Assembly (NCBI RefSeq): GCF_006345805.1
Contig: NC_043000.1
Span: forward strand, 59,520,001-59,584,000
Length of the DNA stretch: 64,000 nt
DNA from: Octopus sinensis
Taxonomy: Eukaryota
Direction: 5' to 3'
Shown: piece by piece, positions 25,501 through 39,424 of the stretch
How the letters are laid out: every line of letters starts with the position of its first letter
Position numbering within the stretch: the first letter of the stretch is position 1
The notes under the pieces: model-generated
What the model was told of the DNA's origin: nothing
Seen by the model: the letters and a program-made list of their open reading frames with translations, nothing else
Databases searched by the model: none
Made by a program: the position numbers and the translations under genes

Positions 25501-27469
25501 TTCTTTTATTTGCCACAGACACATCCAATAAGTAGGACAGCACAAGGACAGTTCTATATTTATGACATGAGGAATTATGTACATTATTTACATTATCAAC
25601 AACAAGCAAGATGAGGACAAATATCCTTCAAATGTAAATAACATAAATAGTGTAAATAAAGCACAAGGACAGTTTACAATTTGTGTTGAAGTTTACAAAA
25701 ATATATGAGACAAAAAGTATACATAGTATACAAAATACGTAAAAGCTTGGATGATGCAGTTCTCCTGATACAGAAGAGCATCCAGCTTGGCTCAATCAAG
25801 GAACTCCACAGATTCAGGATTGCCCCAACTACTATGAGCACAAGTTATCACTCTACAGGCGTTGTCAATGTCATCATCATAGTAGTCTGGTTTTTAATTA
25901 AAGGTAGTTTGTTACAATTTTATTATTTTGAATGTGAAACTTTTGTTCTTCTTCTTCTTTCCTTTAACGTCTTTACAATGGTATATTAACTTTACCTAAG
26001 ATCAAGTGATCAGTGTTAAACCTAGATATGTGTTAACACACATTTAGGGTTACTCAGAGCCTAATTCAAGACAAATGAAATATTTATCTAGATACCAAAT
26101 TTTGTCTTTTATTATTTTATTTTTAGCATTGATTAATAAAGTACCCGTCCAAGGCAATGTTTTGGCAGAATTGTCATAGCATCAGATAAAATTATGGTAT
26201 CTGTTTCAGTTCTATTATTGAACTTCCACTTCTGTCATTGAATTTCTTAGGTGGGAAATGCAGTGCTATCTTAAGGCATGGGTACACCTGGCAGATGCCC
26301 AGGGTTCCATATATCTGGATGGGCCCCAGTATTAATCTATGTATGCTGTGATTGTCTAAGGGATAACTTTTGCCCAACAACCAATAATGTTGTTAAGATT
26401 GCCTTGCTTTGAGGTCAGACAGTATTGTGTCATCTGAAACAACATCATGGTTACATCAGCATAAAAACAAGTAGACTCAGCACAGAAGCAGCATCAACTA
26501 TTACAGAAAACTGTAATGATATTGGATCTTTCAACTTGAATTACTACTATGCCATAAAATCCTTTATATCATAAGATATTTATGTATATGAATCTATATG
26601 CATTTATGTACAAGGAATGGATTTTATTTAAGAAGGGAGAAATTACTAGTCAAGATTACAACAGAAATGGGGAACTAAGAATGCAAAGGCATCTCTAACT
26701 AGGAATTAAAGTGAGCTCATGAAAACTCATAGACCATCTTATGGTAATTGGGGTGGCTGACATTTGGAAACAATTTCATGTGCACATATAAGAGAAAGTA
26801 ATGGCAAGAAAGAGAGAAGAAATGGACCAGCAACAGATGCTCTTTGTAATTGCTTGACTGTCCAGAAATAGCAGCCATATCTTCCTAAGAAAGAGCACAT
26901 TGCATATTGTAGTTAAATATATTAAAAAAACATGATCACAACTGAAATACCTGTAATCATGAATCTGCTACTTGGTTGAGACTGACCTTGGGCTAAATAA
27001 CAATAGAGTGAACAGAAGCTAGACAGACCTTATCTTAAAAGAAAAAAAAAACGCCCAGCAGGTAAATAATGTGTGTGTATGTGTATGTATATATAATATC
27101 AAAAATTTCTACATCATTTCTTTACAGTTCTAGTTATTATTGAATTTATTCTCTCCTTTACCATTCTTGTAATCATTCATCTGCAACCTTGAATATTTGT
27201 GCACACACACACACAGTATAATTTTTCACCCCACTGCACATTGTATACCAGACATTAATGGATTCAGTTTCAAGTGAAACAACCCAATAAACACATCATT
27301 TATTCAACATAAATTTTATTTACATAAATAAAAAAGTAAAGAAATAAAGAAACAAACATATTAAATAAATCAATAAATCAATGACCTTATCAACTCCTTT
27401 TCATGATATTTAAGCAACAAGGTAAAAGAAAAAAATATCAATAGATCTTTTTCCACCCTAAATAAATAT

Positions 27470-27645
27470 AGATTTCTAACACAAGGCCAAAATTTGGAGG
27501 GCAGGGTAGAGCTGATTAAGTCATGTCAGTACTTTAATTTATCAACCCTGGAAGAATGAAAGGTAAATTTTAACTAAAAACTCAAACAGCCAAAAACAAA
27601 AGTATTTTGTTCAATGCTCTAATGATTCTGTGAATCCATTGCCTT
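27470..27645 (-). mobile_element. SINE family 2, degenerate
   Basis: tttctaacacaaggcc...atcaaccctggaagaatgaaagg...aatgattctg. Confidence 0.55.
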
Positions 27646-27903
27646 TCTTCCCTTAAATATATATTGATTTCTGACTTTGGCACAAGACTGCAACTTTGTA
27701 AGAAATGGTGGGTATGATTGATTGAATAAATCCCAATATATTATTGGCCCCTTCACTATAAACAAAATACAAAGCCAGCAATGACAGGATTTGAAATCAG
27801 AATGTAAAGTGATATAAGTAAATCTGACAAAGTAATTTAGTCTTTAACTCCAACATTTCTGTAATTCTCAATCAATAATTTACATATAAATTGTTTTGTT
27901 CTA

Positions 27904-27937
<34 letters not shown>

Positions 27938-28599
27938 ATACATACATGCATACACACACACACACACATATATCTGTTACCCATTCACCTGTTCAATTAC
28001 AATATGTTTTTTAACTTGCCATTCTGTGTCTGTTTTGTGTGCCTTTCTCTATTTACTATACATTTTTAAACTTGTTAATTAATGGAATGCATTGCACCCT
28101 TGGTTTTGTATATATATACAGCTAGCAGCATTCTGTTGCAACTAATCTTCCAGACATCCCATGTCACTCTAGGTAATGCTGGTGACCCCCTTGGCAAGAA
28201 GATCTTCATCCTAAACAAACTCATGCCATTGCCTGGTTTCTTTTTGATCCAACTCTCCCCCCACCTTTTTTTTTATACAAAAGCCCAATGGCAATGGGGT
28301 AAGGATGGTGGGAGCAGATTTTGGTGAAACTAGAAGCTCCTAGTCTGGACCTGCACGTTGGTGAAATTGCAAGATGGTTGCTTTCCTGGGACCCGGTGAT
28401 AACCCAGGGACTCAGTCCTACATCTGTGACTGGGCAGGCCTATTTGGGAACACTGCAGCTCACCCTGAATAGGGAAGGCCCTAGAAAAGGTGGGTTAAAT
28501 ATCAGATGTCACCATAGAATCCTGGCTGGTAAGCCGCATCCAGCAGGACGCCCATTCAAGCGGTTGAGTAACAACAGAAATTTAAATTAAATAAATTGA

Positions 28600-28962
28600 T
28601 TAAATTAACTGTTAGAACACAGAATGTGTGAATGCTCCACAATCCCCAAGACACAGAGAGACCAAAACGTTTAACAACTTTCGTATCCAAAGAACTAGGG
28701 AGATTTAACATTGATATCACAGCCATCAGTGAAACACATCTATCTGGGGAAGGAAAGACCAAAGAGATAGGTTCAGGTTATACCTTCTTCTGGAAAGGAA
28801 AAGGGGAGAGAAACATTCATGGAGTTGCTTTTGCTGTAAAATCCAAACTTGTGAAGGAACACCATCTGAAACCTGCCATCAATGAACAGCTTATGACTTT
28901 CTGAATACCAATCTCTGCTACCACCTTTATGACACCAATCTCTGCTTATGCACCCAACTGAC
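28600..28962 (+). mobile_element. RTE-clade LINE, AP-endonuclease N-terminal fragment (pseudogenised)
   Basis: KLTVRTQNV*ML...RPKRLTTFVSKELGRFNIDITAISETHLSGEG...GYTFFWKG...HGVAFAVKS...ISAYAPT. GC-richer DNA at 28110-28600 may be its 5'UTR. Confidence 0.85.
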
Positions 28963-30683
28963 CCTACTATACTGTGTAGTCAACAAAATCAAAAACAAAC
29001 TATGTGCATGTACGAAATTAAAAATAAATGGCAACAATTTATCCGTCACACCCTGTGTGTGTGTGTGTATATATATATTATATACATACACACAATTATT
29101 TTTGGTTTCACTAGAAGTTAATGCATAACACCTCATATATGATGTAATCATTTATATATCTATATATTGAAATATAAGGTATACCTTTTAAGAAGCATAG
29201 AATTTTAATCTTGCTGCAAAAATGAACAATGTTGTTACACCACAGATTTTAACTCACTGTAGGCAGAAAACTGAATTTATGATGTGTAATATCAATGTAT
29301 TTTGACTTGCTGTGAAGAGTACGCTAAAGAGAGCATGTAGCATTATTTTATTATACCAAAGTTCAGGAAAGGTTAAAAATATTACACAGATGAAAATCCA
29401 GTTGGATAGATTCTTATGCTCTCAAGAGACTCCAAACAATCTCCACAAAAGACTAAATATGTTTATATACATATGATAGACTTTCCAGGCTTGAAGTTAC
29501 ACCGATGGATTAATGTATAACTTCATTTAGTCATGGTGTCAATTTATAAAATTTAGGTGACAGCCAAAAGTTATTGAAATAATTTTGCTCTAATAAAAAC
29601 AACAACAACAAATACAAAAATTGTGAAATTACTAGGGTAGCAATAGTCATTAGAAAACTGGAATTATCATCATTACAAGTATACAGTTGGGCGTGGAGTT
29701 AAGGATCCATGCAACAGGGAGAAAGATAAGAAAATACTAATTCTGTGATAGATATCAAGATATATTAAATTACAATCGAAAACACACCACTAAAACTATC
29801 AAGAATGCTTGAGATTATATACTTATACATGTATGTGTATAGTGTGTAGTAATATGCATTCATGTATATATGTATGAAAGCATATACACTCATGCATAGA
29901 TATATGTGTGTGAAAATGTGTATGTATTCATAAGCAAGATAGTAGTTTGTAGTAATTAAGTATAAAAATTTTGAAATAAACTTTTTCCTTTCTTTAACCA
30001 TTATACATAGCTGTTGGGCTTCTACTGACTTCAAACACAAAACATTTAAATAATGACTGGTTCTCATTTTGCATACATCTACAAACAGACACACCTAGTT
30101 CCTGATCTGAGTTCTAATTTATTGTTAAGAATAAAGGGGCCTATTGTAAGTGTATCTCTACATGTAATCAAAACACTACTAGCCCTTCCTCTCACCACCT
30201 ATCACACCCTCCCTAAGTAAGTCGTACCTCACACTACCTTTTACATTAGCCACCTCTTAGAGAGAGAGAGAGCATTGTCTTCAGTCAGTTAAAGTAATAT
30301 CTGGTTTGCCTGCTATATGGCTGCCCAACTATATTTACCTCTGTAAGTTGATTTCAATGTACTACAGATATATCAGGAGACTTTTAGCTAATACTATATG
30401 TATAGAATGTAAACACCTTGTCTGCACATGTAACATTTCTGCAATACAGTATAGCAATAAACAATCTACATTATAGAGTATTCACTCAAACTCTATCAAG
30501 ATTGAATTAGTGTCAGTACATGAAGCTTTTGGTCCTTGAGTCACTCTGTTGCTTTTGCTAAATATTAATAAAAATATATAAACATCTATGTGTGTATATA
30601 AACACACATATGCACATGTATATATTCATATGCACATAAACACACACAAATATGTACATACATATATACATATACACATATAT

Positions 30684-30889
30684 ACTCTTTTACTTGTTTT
30701 AGTCATTTGACTGCGGCCATGCTGGAGCACCACCTTTAGTCGAGCAAATCGACCCCAGGACTTATTCTTTGTAAGCTCAGTACTTATTCTATCGGTCTCT
30801 TTTGCGAAACCACTAAGCGCTGGGGGTGTAAACACATCAGCATCGGTTGTCAAGCAATGCTAGGGGGACAAACACAGACACACAAACAT

Positions 30890-30938
<49 letters not shown>

Positions 30939-31129
30939 ATATATATACACATATATACGACGGGCTTCTTTGAGTATCCATCTACCAAATTCACCCACAA
31001 GGCTTTGGTCGGCCCGAGGCTATAGTAGAAGACACTTGCCCAAGATGCCACATAGCAGTGAGACTGGATCCGGAACCATGTGGTTAGTAAGCAAGCTACT
31101 TACCACACAGCCACTCCTGTGTCTGCGCC
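30684..31129 (-). mobile_element. SINE family 1, full length
   Basis: From the actcttttacttg tail to the ccacacagccactcctgtgtctgcgcc head. Confidence 0.85.
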
Positions 31130-31186
31130 ATATATAAACATCATGCATACACATAATTATAAACACAAACTCACAAACACGTTTGT

Positions 31187-31264
<78 letters not shown>

Positions 31265-31500
31265 TACGACGGGCTTCTTTGAGTATCCATCTACCAAATT
31301 CACCCACAAGGCTTTGGTCGGCCCGAGGCTATAGTAGAAGACACTTGCCCAAGATGCCACATAGCAGTGAGACTGGATCCGGAACCATGTGGTTAGTAAG
31401 CAAGCTACTTACCACACAGCCACTCCTGTGTCTGCGCCATATATAAACATCATGCATACACATAATTATAAACACAAACTCACAAACACGTTTGTACACA
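30958..31500. repeat. Tandem duplication with 309-bp period (SINE 5' half plus flank)
   Basis: cgacgggcttctttgagtatcc at 30958 and 31267; gtttgtacac at 31181 and 31490. The non-microsatellite parts appear identical. Confidence 0.9.
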
Positions 31501-31515
31501 CACACACACACACAC

Positions 31516-31555
<40 letters not shown>

Positions 31556-31660
31556 TCTTGTAGGTCTAAATGTAACCTACATAAAATGAAATAAATGTCA
31601 ACAACAGTGCAGATGTTTCCATTGATATTCTTTTAAAAAAAATTCTCAAAATAATGTCCT

Positions 31661-32058
31661 TTATCTTTTACTTATTTCAGTCATTAGACTGCAGCCATAC
31701 TAGAGCACCGCCGTGAAGAATTTTAGTTGAGTGAGTTGACCCCAGTACTTACTTTTTTAAGCCTGGTACTTATCCTATGGATCTCTTTTGCCAAACTGCC
31801 AAAATACAAAGATATAAACACACCAGCACTGATTGTCAAGTGGTGGTGGTGCTGGGGGCAACAGACGCAGAGGACACAAAGGCATACACATACACAAATA
31901 TACAATGGGCTTCTTTCAGTTTCCATCTATCAAATCCACTCACAAGGCTTTGGTTGTTCTGAGGCTATAGCTGAAGACACTTGCCCAAGGTTCCACACAG
32001 TGGGATTGAACTAAGAACCATGTGGTTGGGAAGAAAACATCTTACCACACAGCCATAC
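31661..32058 (-). mobile_element. SINE family 1, older copy
   Basis: Same layout with many CpG-to-TpG/CpA changes. Confidence 0.8.
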
Positions 32059-33759
32059 AAAGTTAAATGACATAAAACCATATGACATAGAACCAATTAA
32101 TAGCGATAATGGAACTTTATTGTCAAGATCTGTCTGAAAGTCAGAGGCCACATTTTTCATATGGAGGTGCATGGAACATCTTGCTAAAGACAGTGAAACA
32201 GAAGACTGGATTCTTCACAGTTGTGGAATGCTTGCCATGGTGTCAACTTTTCCACATACCTATGTACATTTATTGCCCACAGTTTCCACCATCTGGTCTT
32301 AGAGAGCCATTAGTAGAGTTTAATCTGTTATAACTACTGGAACCAAGCCTCCTGTTCCTTACCGACCTTTAATTTTCCTACAGACATTAACCTGTAGCTG
32401 TTCTGGCTGGCCATTAGTAGCATCATTTTCATTAGTCTTGGAGAGCATTCAATGAGATCACTGGCATTCTCCTTCCTCTTTTGACTAATTTTAAAAAAAT
32501 AATTACTTGTTTAGAATGAAAGAGAAAAAAAAGCCATGCTTTTCTCTATTAGAAGATTTACAAATGTCAATGAGTCTTTAGCCTAATATATTTTAACACC
32601 CACATTATAAAATTCTTTTAATATTTTCAAGTTCTTTCATCATGGACAGAATTCATGTTTGAGAGTAATGGACCTCAAATAAACAATAAGCCAAAAGTGA
32701 AGATCAAATTAGGTGTAACAAATAGAGCCATAATAATAATGAAAGGAATTGAGCATGAAAAAACCCTCTGGAAATTAGATGTTTCAAATAGTACCCAATG
32801 ATTTATAAGAGCTTAGTGTAATGAAAACAAAAACAGATTTTTCAAGTGGAAGAATATCAAAATAATTCATATGACTGTTGATAGAAATTCACTAGAATTT
32901 ATAATCAATTAATGAATAATACACAAGAAAATACAGCCTGCTTAGCAACAGTTTCTCTTGTAAAACACATTATTGGTTAAAGATACCTGAAGACATTTTT
33001 GCCAGTTTACTAGTTTTTCTCTGTCTACTCTCAAAAATCAGTTGGTAAACAATTCAATATTGTAAAATGAGATTATTTTTCCATTTAGATCTACACATAA
33101 GACAGTGTTTTAGATTAAATATCTAATTCAATTCAATACATTTTATTGTCATTGATCTTTCCAATGAAGTCACATATCTTAATATTCTGTTTCTAATTGC
33201 AGTGTTGAAGATTTATCTAATATCTAAGTTGAAAGGTTGTTTATATTGATGTTAACAACACTGCAGTCTTGGCAAAGATACTTATTTTTCTCTGGTTGAG
33301 TCTAACTATAAATAAGTATCATGGAGAAGGATAGCTAGTGACTGTAAGTAGATGGGGAGTAGTGTTTATTTTTGTTTTGTTTTATCAGAGAAGCAAGGGC
33401 AGTGCTATGCATGATATTTGCAAGCACTTCCAGAATGGAGAGACTGATGTGATTGATGTTTAGCTTGAACTTTTGTGTTGGTAAAACAAAATGTGGGTAA
33501 GACAAAACACTACAGGGCAGTGATGGTTAGTATTTTTAGCCCAGTCTATTGAAGTTTTAATTTCTTTAATAATCCTGTGAGTAGACTAATTACATGTATA
33601 TGTACATTTCAGTTTTAGATAAATGCTGTTAAATAAACATTTTAGAACACAATACGGCAGGGCTATTTTTTTATTCCATATTCATCACACCTCATGCAAA
33701 ACCTGTGACATGTCAGTGTTAACAGGTATGCCATAAATTTGCCATTAGCAGCAGCGGTT

Positions 33760-33792
<33 letters not shown>

Positions 33793-34352
33793 AGCAACAG
33801 CTGCATAAAAAGAGGCACAGATAAGAAACAATGCCGTATCTTGAGGAATGAATCTTTGCCAATGAGCTGAATGGCTTTGTTTTAGATGTGATCATAAATG
33901 TTTATGTGTAGCAGCAGCAACATCATCTAGGATACATAGAGTACCCAGTAATCCTCTTACACGAGCTTTGCAAAAGATCAGCAACTAATCTGGGCTGGAA
34001 TATTTTCACACCCTAAAGAGGAAGTCTAGTTCTTAGGAAACAATTTTGGCAATGTTATCATACATGAGTGAAGTCACCATTACATTGACAGAAATTTTGC
34101 ATGCTAAAAATAATAACCAACTCTTTTAAACTGTACCCCTCCATCTTAGAAAAGGAAGTGTTGGACAATATGGCACTTATTAGAAAAAAATGCTTCTCAT
34201 TTAGACACAAGGTCAGCAGCTTTAGATAGAGGAGATTAGTTGATTCCACCACTCAAGTAGGGTTTGACACAAAATGTGAAATGGGTGTAAGCAAATATAA
34301 CAAGACAGTTTTGTTTGATGCTCTAACAATTCTGCCAATACACCACCCTAAC

Positions 34353-34383
<31 letters not shown>

Positions 34384-34396
34384 GTAATAATAAATG

Positions 34397-34913
34397 TTCT
34401 GATACAATGCCAGGCAGTGGCTCTCGTGGCTTTTGATCTTAACTGATTGGAACTGTTATCATGTACATGTTTTGTCTAGGTATAAAAGATGGGCTACAGC
34501 AATTATTCTGCTCAATACCACAGATCTGCTTGTCAGTTGCTTGACCTTAACCAGTTGAGAATATCCCTTAATGGCTGGCAATATGTGCATCTCTGATCAT
34601 GAGTAGTAGTAATGGGGGAACACCATAACCATGTGTTGAGAGGAATTCTTTGGGTTTTGAATAATTCTCCTCTGGAAACCTGGGTGTTTCGTTCAACATC
34701 CTTAACCAACCCTTATTCAGGGGCCTTTTGAGTGGGATGGGCTACTTGACCTGAAGAAAATTCTAACTGGGCCCCACCTGCAAGGTCATGCACATATGGT
34801 TGTGATGCATGTGCCTGGTGTACCCTTGTCAGACAGGTAGTCATGAGGGGTATACTAGGCTTTATATATTTTATCCCAGTGTCACTTTCATGGTGTGCAC
34901 TCCTTTCTCACTC
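34397..34913 (+). mobile_element. ~520-bp unclassified interspersed repeat bounded by (AAT)n
   Basis: Higher GC than its flanks, an internal tataaaag, and ends ctcactc(aat)n. Recalled as a common octopus repeat. Confidence 0.5.
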
Positions 34914-34925
34914 AATAATAATAAT

Positions 34926-35140
34926 TATTTTATTGGCCACAAGGGCTAATATAAAGACACATAAAATTGCATGACAACACAAGATAATACAAAGGGTTTT
35001 CGAATCAAATCAACCTTATAAAAAACAATGAAAAAATTAAACAAAATGAAACTCCCAATAGGAGTAGGCACTTTAAGGTCCTCGTGGAAAACCCCACAAA
35101 AACCACAGGTACCGGATCAACAACTTTTCACAGGTGTATT
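34926..35140 (-). mobile_element. Probable LINE 3'-end remnant
   Basis: The minus strand ends ...tggccaataaaataatt (polyA signal) at an (AAT)n tract. No protein motif was recognised. Confidence 0.3.
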
Positions 35141-35152
35141 ATTACTGTACTC

Positions 35153-35197
<45 letters not shown>

Positions 35198-38100
35198 CCT
35201 TTCTACTAAAGGTACCAGCCTGAAATTTTGGGTGAGTGGGGTAAGTTGTATTGTAATGATATACCAAAATTACAATGATATAGGACAGATATATAACTGC
35301 CTCTACTAAAAAAGTCTCAAAACTTCTGGACTGCACCTTGTAGCTAACAGAAGAGGCGACAAATTACACCATGTTTGGCAGGTTGAGTTTGAAGGGGGTG
35401 TTTATTTTTTTTACATTTGATTGAGTTATCTGAATTTAAGTCTATTTGACCAGTGCTAACTGGATTTGCATAAATTATCAAACAGTAAAGAAAAGAAACT
35501 GAATACAATGTACTGGGACAATAATCTATTTTTCACCAATGTTTGTTCATATTAACTGGATAGCAATACAAATAGATTTTAGAGAAGGAAAAAAAAAGTA
35601 CCATGCAAGTATGAATGAATAGGAAATATTATAATGGTCAAATAGAATAGTTGTTTATTTAGCCAGATTCAAGCTGGGCAGACAGCACAAACCTTAAAAC
35701 AATGCATGATAACAATAAATAGACTTGAAAGAGAGAAGATACTAATATTGAAAAAAAAACAAAAAACAATAACAACACAGGATTAAAGCAGATTTAGGGG
35801 ATTACATAAAACAAGAGATAACTAAACCATACGAACACAATTGTTTGTGCATATAAATGCACACACACATGCATGTGTTGTGCATGCATGCACACTCAAC
35901 AATATACTCACAAATATAAACTTGAATAATGATATTAACAGAAAAAAAAATTCCTCTTTACTAAAACTTTCAGCTTGGTTGGAGGAGAAGGATTAATAAT
36001 CAGGGTGAGAACATGGCAGCTGTTTTCATCCTTTGATCTGGAGATTATTGTTACTCATGTTGTTGTTGTTACTACTATTATTATTATTATTATTATTATT
36101 TCATTATTATTGCTCTTATGTCTCTTTTCCTGTATTACTGAATATGGAACTCAACGACATAATGAGGATATTTCTATTGGAATATGCAATGAATTATACA
36201 AAAGCCTCGTGAATTCTTTCAAAAATGATAGTGAACACATCATATTAATCTGCAATTTAATATAGATGCAGCATCCTCTGATGATGGTGCTGATGATGAT
36301 GATAGTAGTGATGATGAAGGTGATAGGGTTGTTGTTGGTGGTAGTGATGTTGATGATGATGCCAAAATCTAATAAATACAATTGTAGGCACTTTTCGAAA
36401 AAGCAATTTTCATCATAGAAAATAAATAAAATTCTTTCAAACAAAAAAAGCAGACTATTCATGTTAGTAACAAAAGCTAGATTTAAAAAAAAAAATGAAA
36501 GAATGGAAAAACAAAGGCTAATCCAAATACAAAATTAAAGGAGAAAAAAGAAAATAAAAACAATTGTCCAGCTTTGTGTTTTACCCATTTTCAATATTAT
36601 TCAAATAAAAAGAATATATAAAAATATATACTCATAAGAACAATTTTCTTTCTAAAATCATAATGCAAAAAAAAAAAGTTTTAACAAAATGTACAGAAGG
36701 TTAAAGCTATTAAAGGCTTATTTTTGGAAAGCTTTAGAAAAAGGACAGAACCATTATTGGTCCTTTTATTTTGGTTTAAACAACGTGCAGAGATAACAAG
36801 TTCATTTAGTATGATAAATCTATTTGAGTAGTTTCATGATTGGTTGATTGGTTAAAGAGGGTGTAAACACAGTAATGGTGAAACAATAGAAACAGAACAG
36901 CTGAGACGTCTCTTAAAGAATGAATTACAACTGTTTCTGAATTACTTAAATATACTGGTTACTATTATTTGTGGTGATTGTTGGTATACCAACTGAGAAT
37001 ATTTTTCTGAGGTTTATGGAATACAATTTGTATGGTGAAATGGTTTCATGCTTAATGTTAATTTTAAGCTAATGGATTCATGCAAGCAAAAAAAAAACAA
37101 ATGTATACAACTGAGAAGTTGACACTTTATATCCTCTCAAAGGCAATGTACAGAGCCTATAACCAAGACACTTAACTCCTGATGGTTAACTTCAGGTTGA
37201 TAAATGAATATTATGAAGTGGTATAATCTATTGTTGGAAGTAGAGGTTAAACTGTGACTCATTTGCAATCATATTTAATGATTGTCTATGTTTCTATATA
37301 CTGTGTATATGTTTCAATAGACTTTGAAAATAATCAAGGATTAAATAAAATAATTTCTTTTATTATTAAGTTGGTGTTTGGGATATAGCAAAGGATTTTT
37401 ATGTAAAAATTATAACAAAGCTCTAAGTAAACGCTTTAAAATGGGTGATTGTATACCATGGAAATAAAAATGCTCTGAAATGGGCTCATATGAAAAGGGA
37501 TAAGGGATTCATTGGCAAATAGTGCTGAATTCACTTCCTCTAAAAAGAGTTTATGGAAATAAGTCTAATATCTTATTCACAGGTAAATACTGTGAATTGT
37601 GGCATACAAGATGATACTGCTTGTAAGTAGATCTTAAGATTCTTAGCTAATAATTCTGTGTTGGACCTATATCTACAAAATAGTTTGATCCCTAAACAAA
37701 CTGGAGATGTTTTATGGATGGCTGTTTGAGAGGTATTCTAACTGATGACTGTAATATACCATATAGTAAAATATGGCAGTACACTTTCTCCAAAATGTCT
37801 AAGTAATTTGTACTCATTGACAACTGTTCAAAGGTTGTTCTAATACACACACACCATATACTGTAAAATATAGTACACCTACAAAGTACCTAAATGAATC
37901 AACCTTAAAACCACCCTTCACTATTTCCATTGGTGATGTAAACAAACAGCCAGTGGCATATATCAGTTAGTGCTTACAATCAGCTGTTGAAAACAGAATG
38001 TGCTTGTCATTGTATACTGGTTATTTATCATTATTTTGCATCACCACTAATCAATCACTGAACTCAAGCTTTAATCAAGATATTTGAGACCAATAATTGA

Positions 38101-38950
38101 TTTGTTAAAGGTATTAACTAAGTTCACTGAACTCAATTTTTAACTGGAACTATTTGTAGCAACTTGCTAGAGTTACAGTAAGTAGCGCACAATGATTGTT
38201 AGGAATACTGTTCTCTACTTATTTACCACTAAACAGTAAAGGTGTTCATTTTATCCCTACCTTGTAAGCTGATCCTAGTTTTGGAGACATTTTTTCAGAC
38301 TTACAAAGTTGACCTGTATACTGCTATTTATGATAGATCTCATTTGTTTAACTTCACTGAAACTTCAAGTGTAGAAAAGTGAAGCATGTACCCATTAATC
38401 AATTTAATCTGTGCATGCTCGACATGCACACGTGGAAAGTAAACAGTTACAAAAGTTAATACTATAAAATACTTAATATTATAAATTTTTTATTCTTTTC
38501 TAAAATTGAAAAAGTAAACATTTAGAAAATTATTTCAAGATTAATGACAAACTAGAATTTTCTCATCTGACAGTCAATTTTTTTCTTTTTCAATGAGACT
38601 AAAGTTGGCTTTCCTTACTTTCCATAACAAAGTTTCATGCCATTTTATGCCAAGTTAAACCTTCCTCAGTGCTTGTGTTGAGTTAAAATAGTTGAATAAT
38701 GTTATCATTGTTATGTGTTTTTCTCTTCTAGAAACTTTACCATATTTGTTACCAATTAAAAATTCTTTTTCAAATGCTGAATCTATGACTTATGTGATTG
38801 AAATATTCTATTTTCTAAACCTCTCAAAAGAAAGCATAAAAAAATATGAAGCAGAGCTGGCTGAGTTTTATCAGATGTATTATGTAATACATTTTAAAAG
38901 ATGCATTATGACCAAATTATACAGAGTAAAACAAAAAGATATTTGAAACA

Positions 38951-39424
38951 TTAACCCTTTTGATACAAAATCACCTAAGATTACCCTTTGCACCATGATA
39001 TAAAACTTACCATTTAAAAGTTACCATAATTGAACCGAACCTTTCTATCATAATTTTATGAGAGAAACTTTGAACATCTTGCTTAGTCATATTCCCAACA
39101 CCTAATTTAGGTGCAAGGCCAGCAATTTTGTGGATTTGGGATCTAATTAATCACACCAAACTCAATACTTGACTAACATTCTGTTTTATCAACCCCTTGG
39201 GATAAAAGGCAAAATTGATCTTGATAGGATTTGAACTCAGAATGTAAAGAACCAGAACAAAAATGTAAAGCATTTTTCCAGTGTTCTAATGAGTCTCTCA
39301 ATTCCCAATTTACTGAAAAATGAAAATCTGAGTTGTTTTTTAAAATCATTCCACATTCTAATTATTTTCAAAATTAATTGAAATACAAACAGTATATTTC
39401 AGAAAATGATCTGCAAAGTGTTAA
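38951..39424 (+). mobile_element. piggyBac-like MITE family B with a nested SINE family 2 (~39105-39300, -)
   Basis: ttaa-cccttt ... aaagtg-ttaa termini. The SINE core ggatttgaactcagaatgtaaag lies inside. Confidence 0.55.

Noticed and set aside
37549-37576. AG|GT recursive-splice-like sites (also 8821-8836 and 14555-14578)
   Set aside because: Such motifs are expected by chance in 64 kb of AT-rich DNA and could be ordinary exon ends. Nascent RNA data would be needed.
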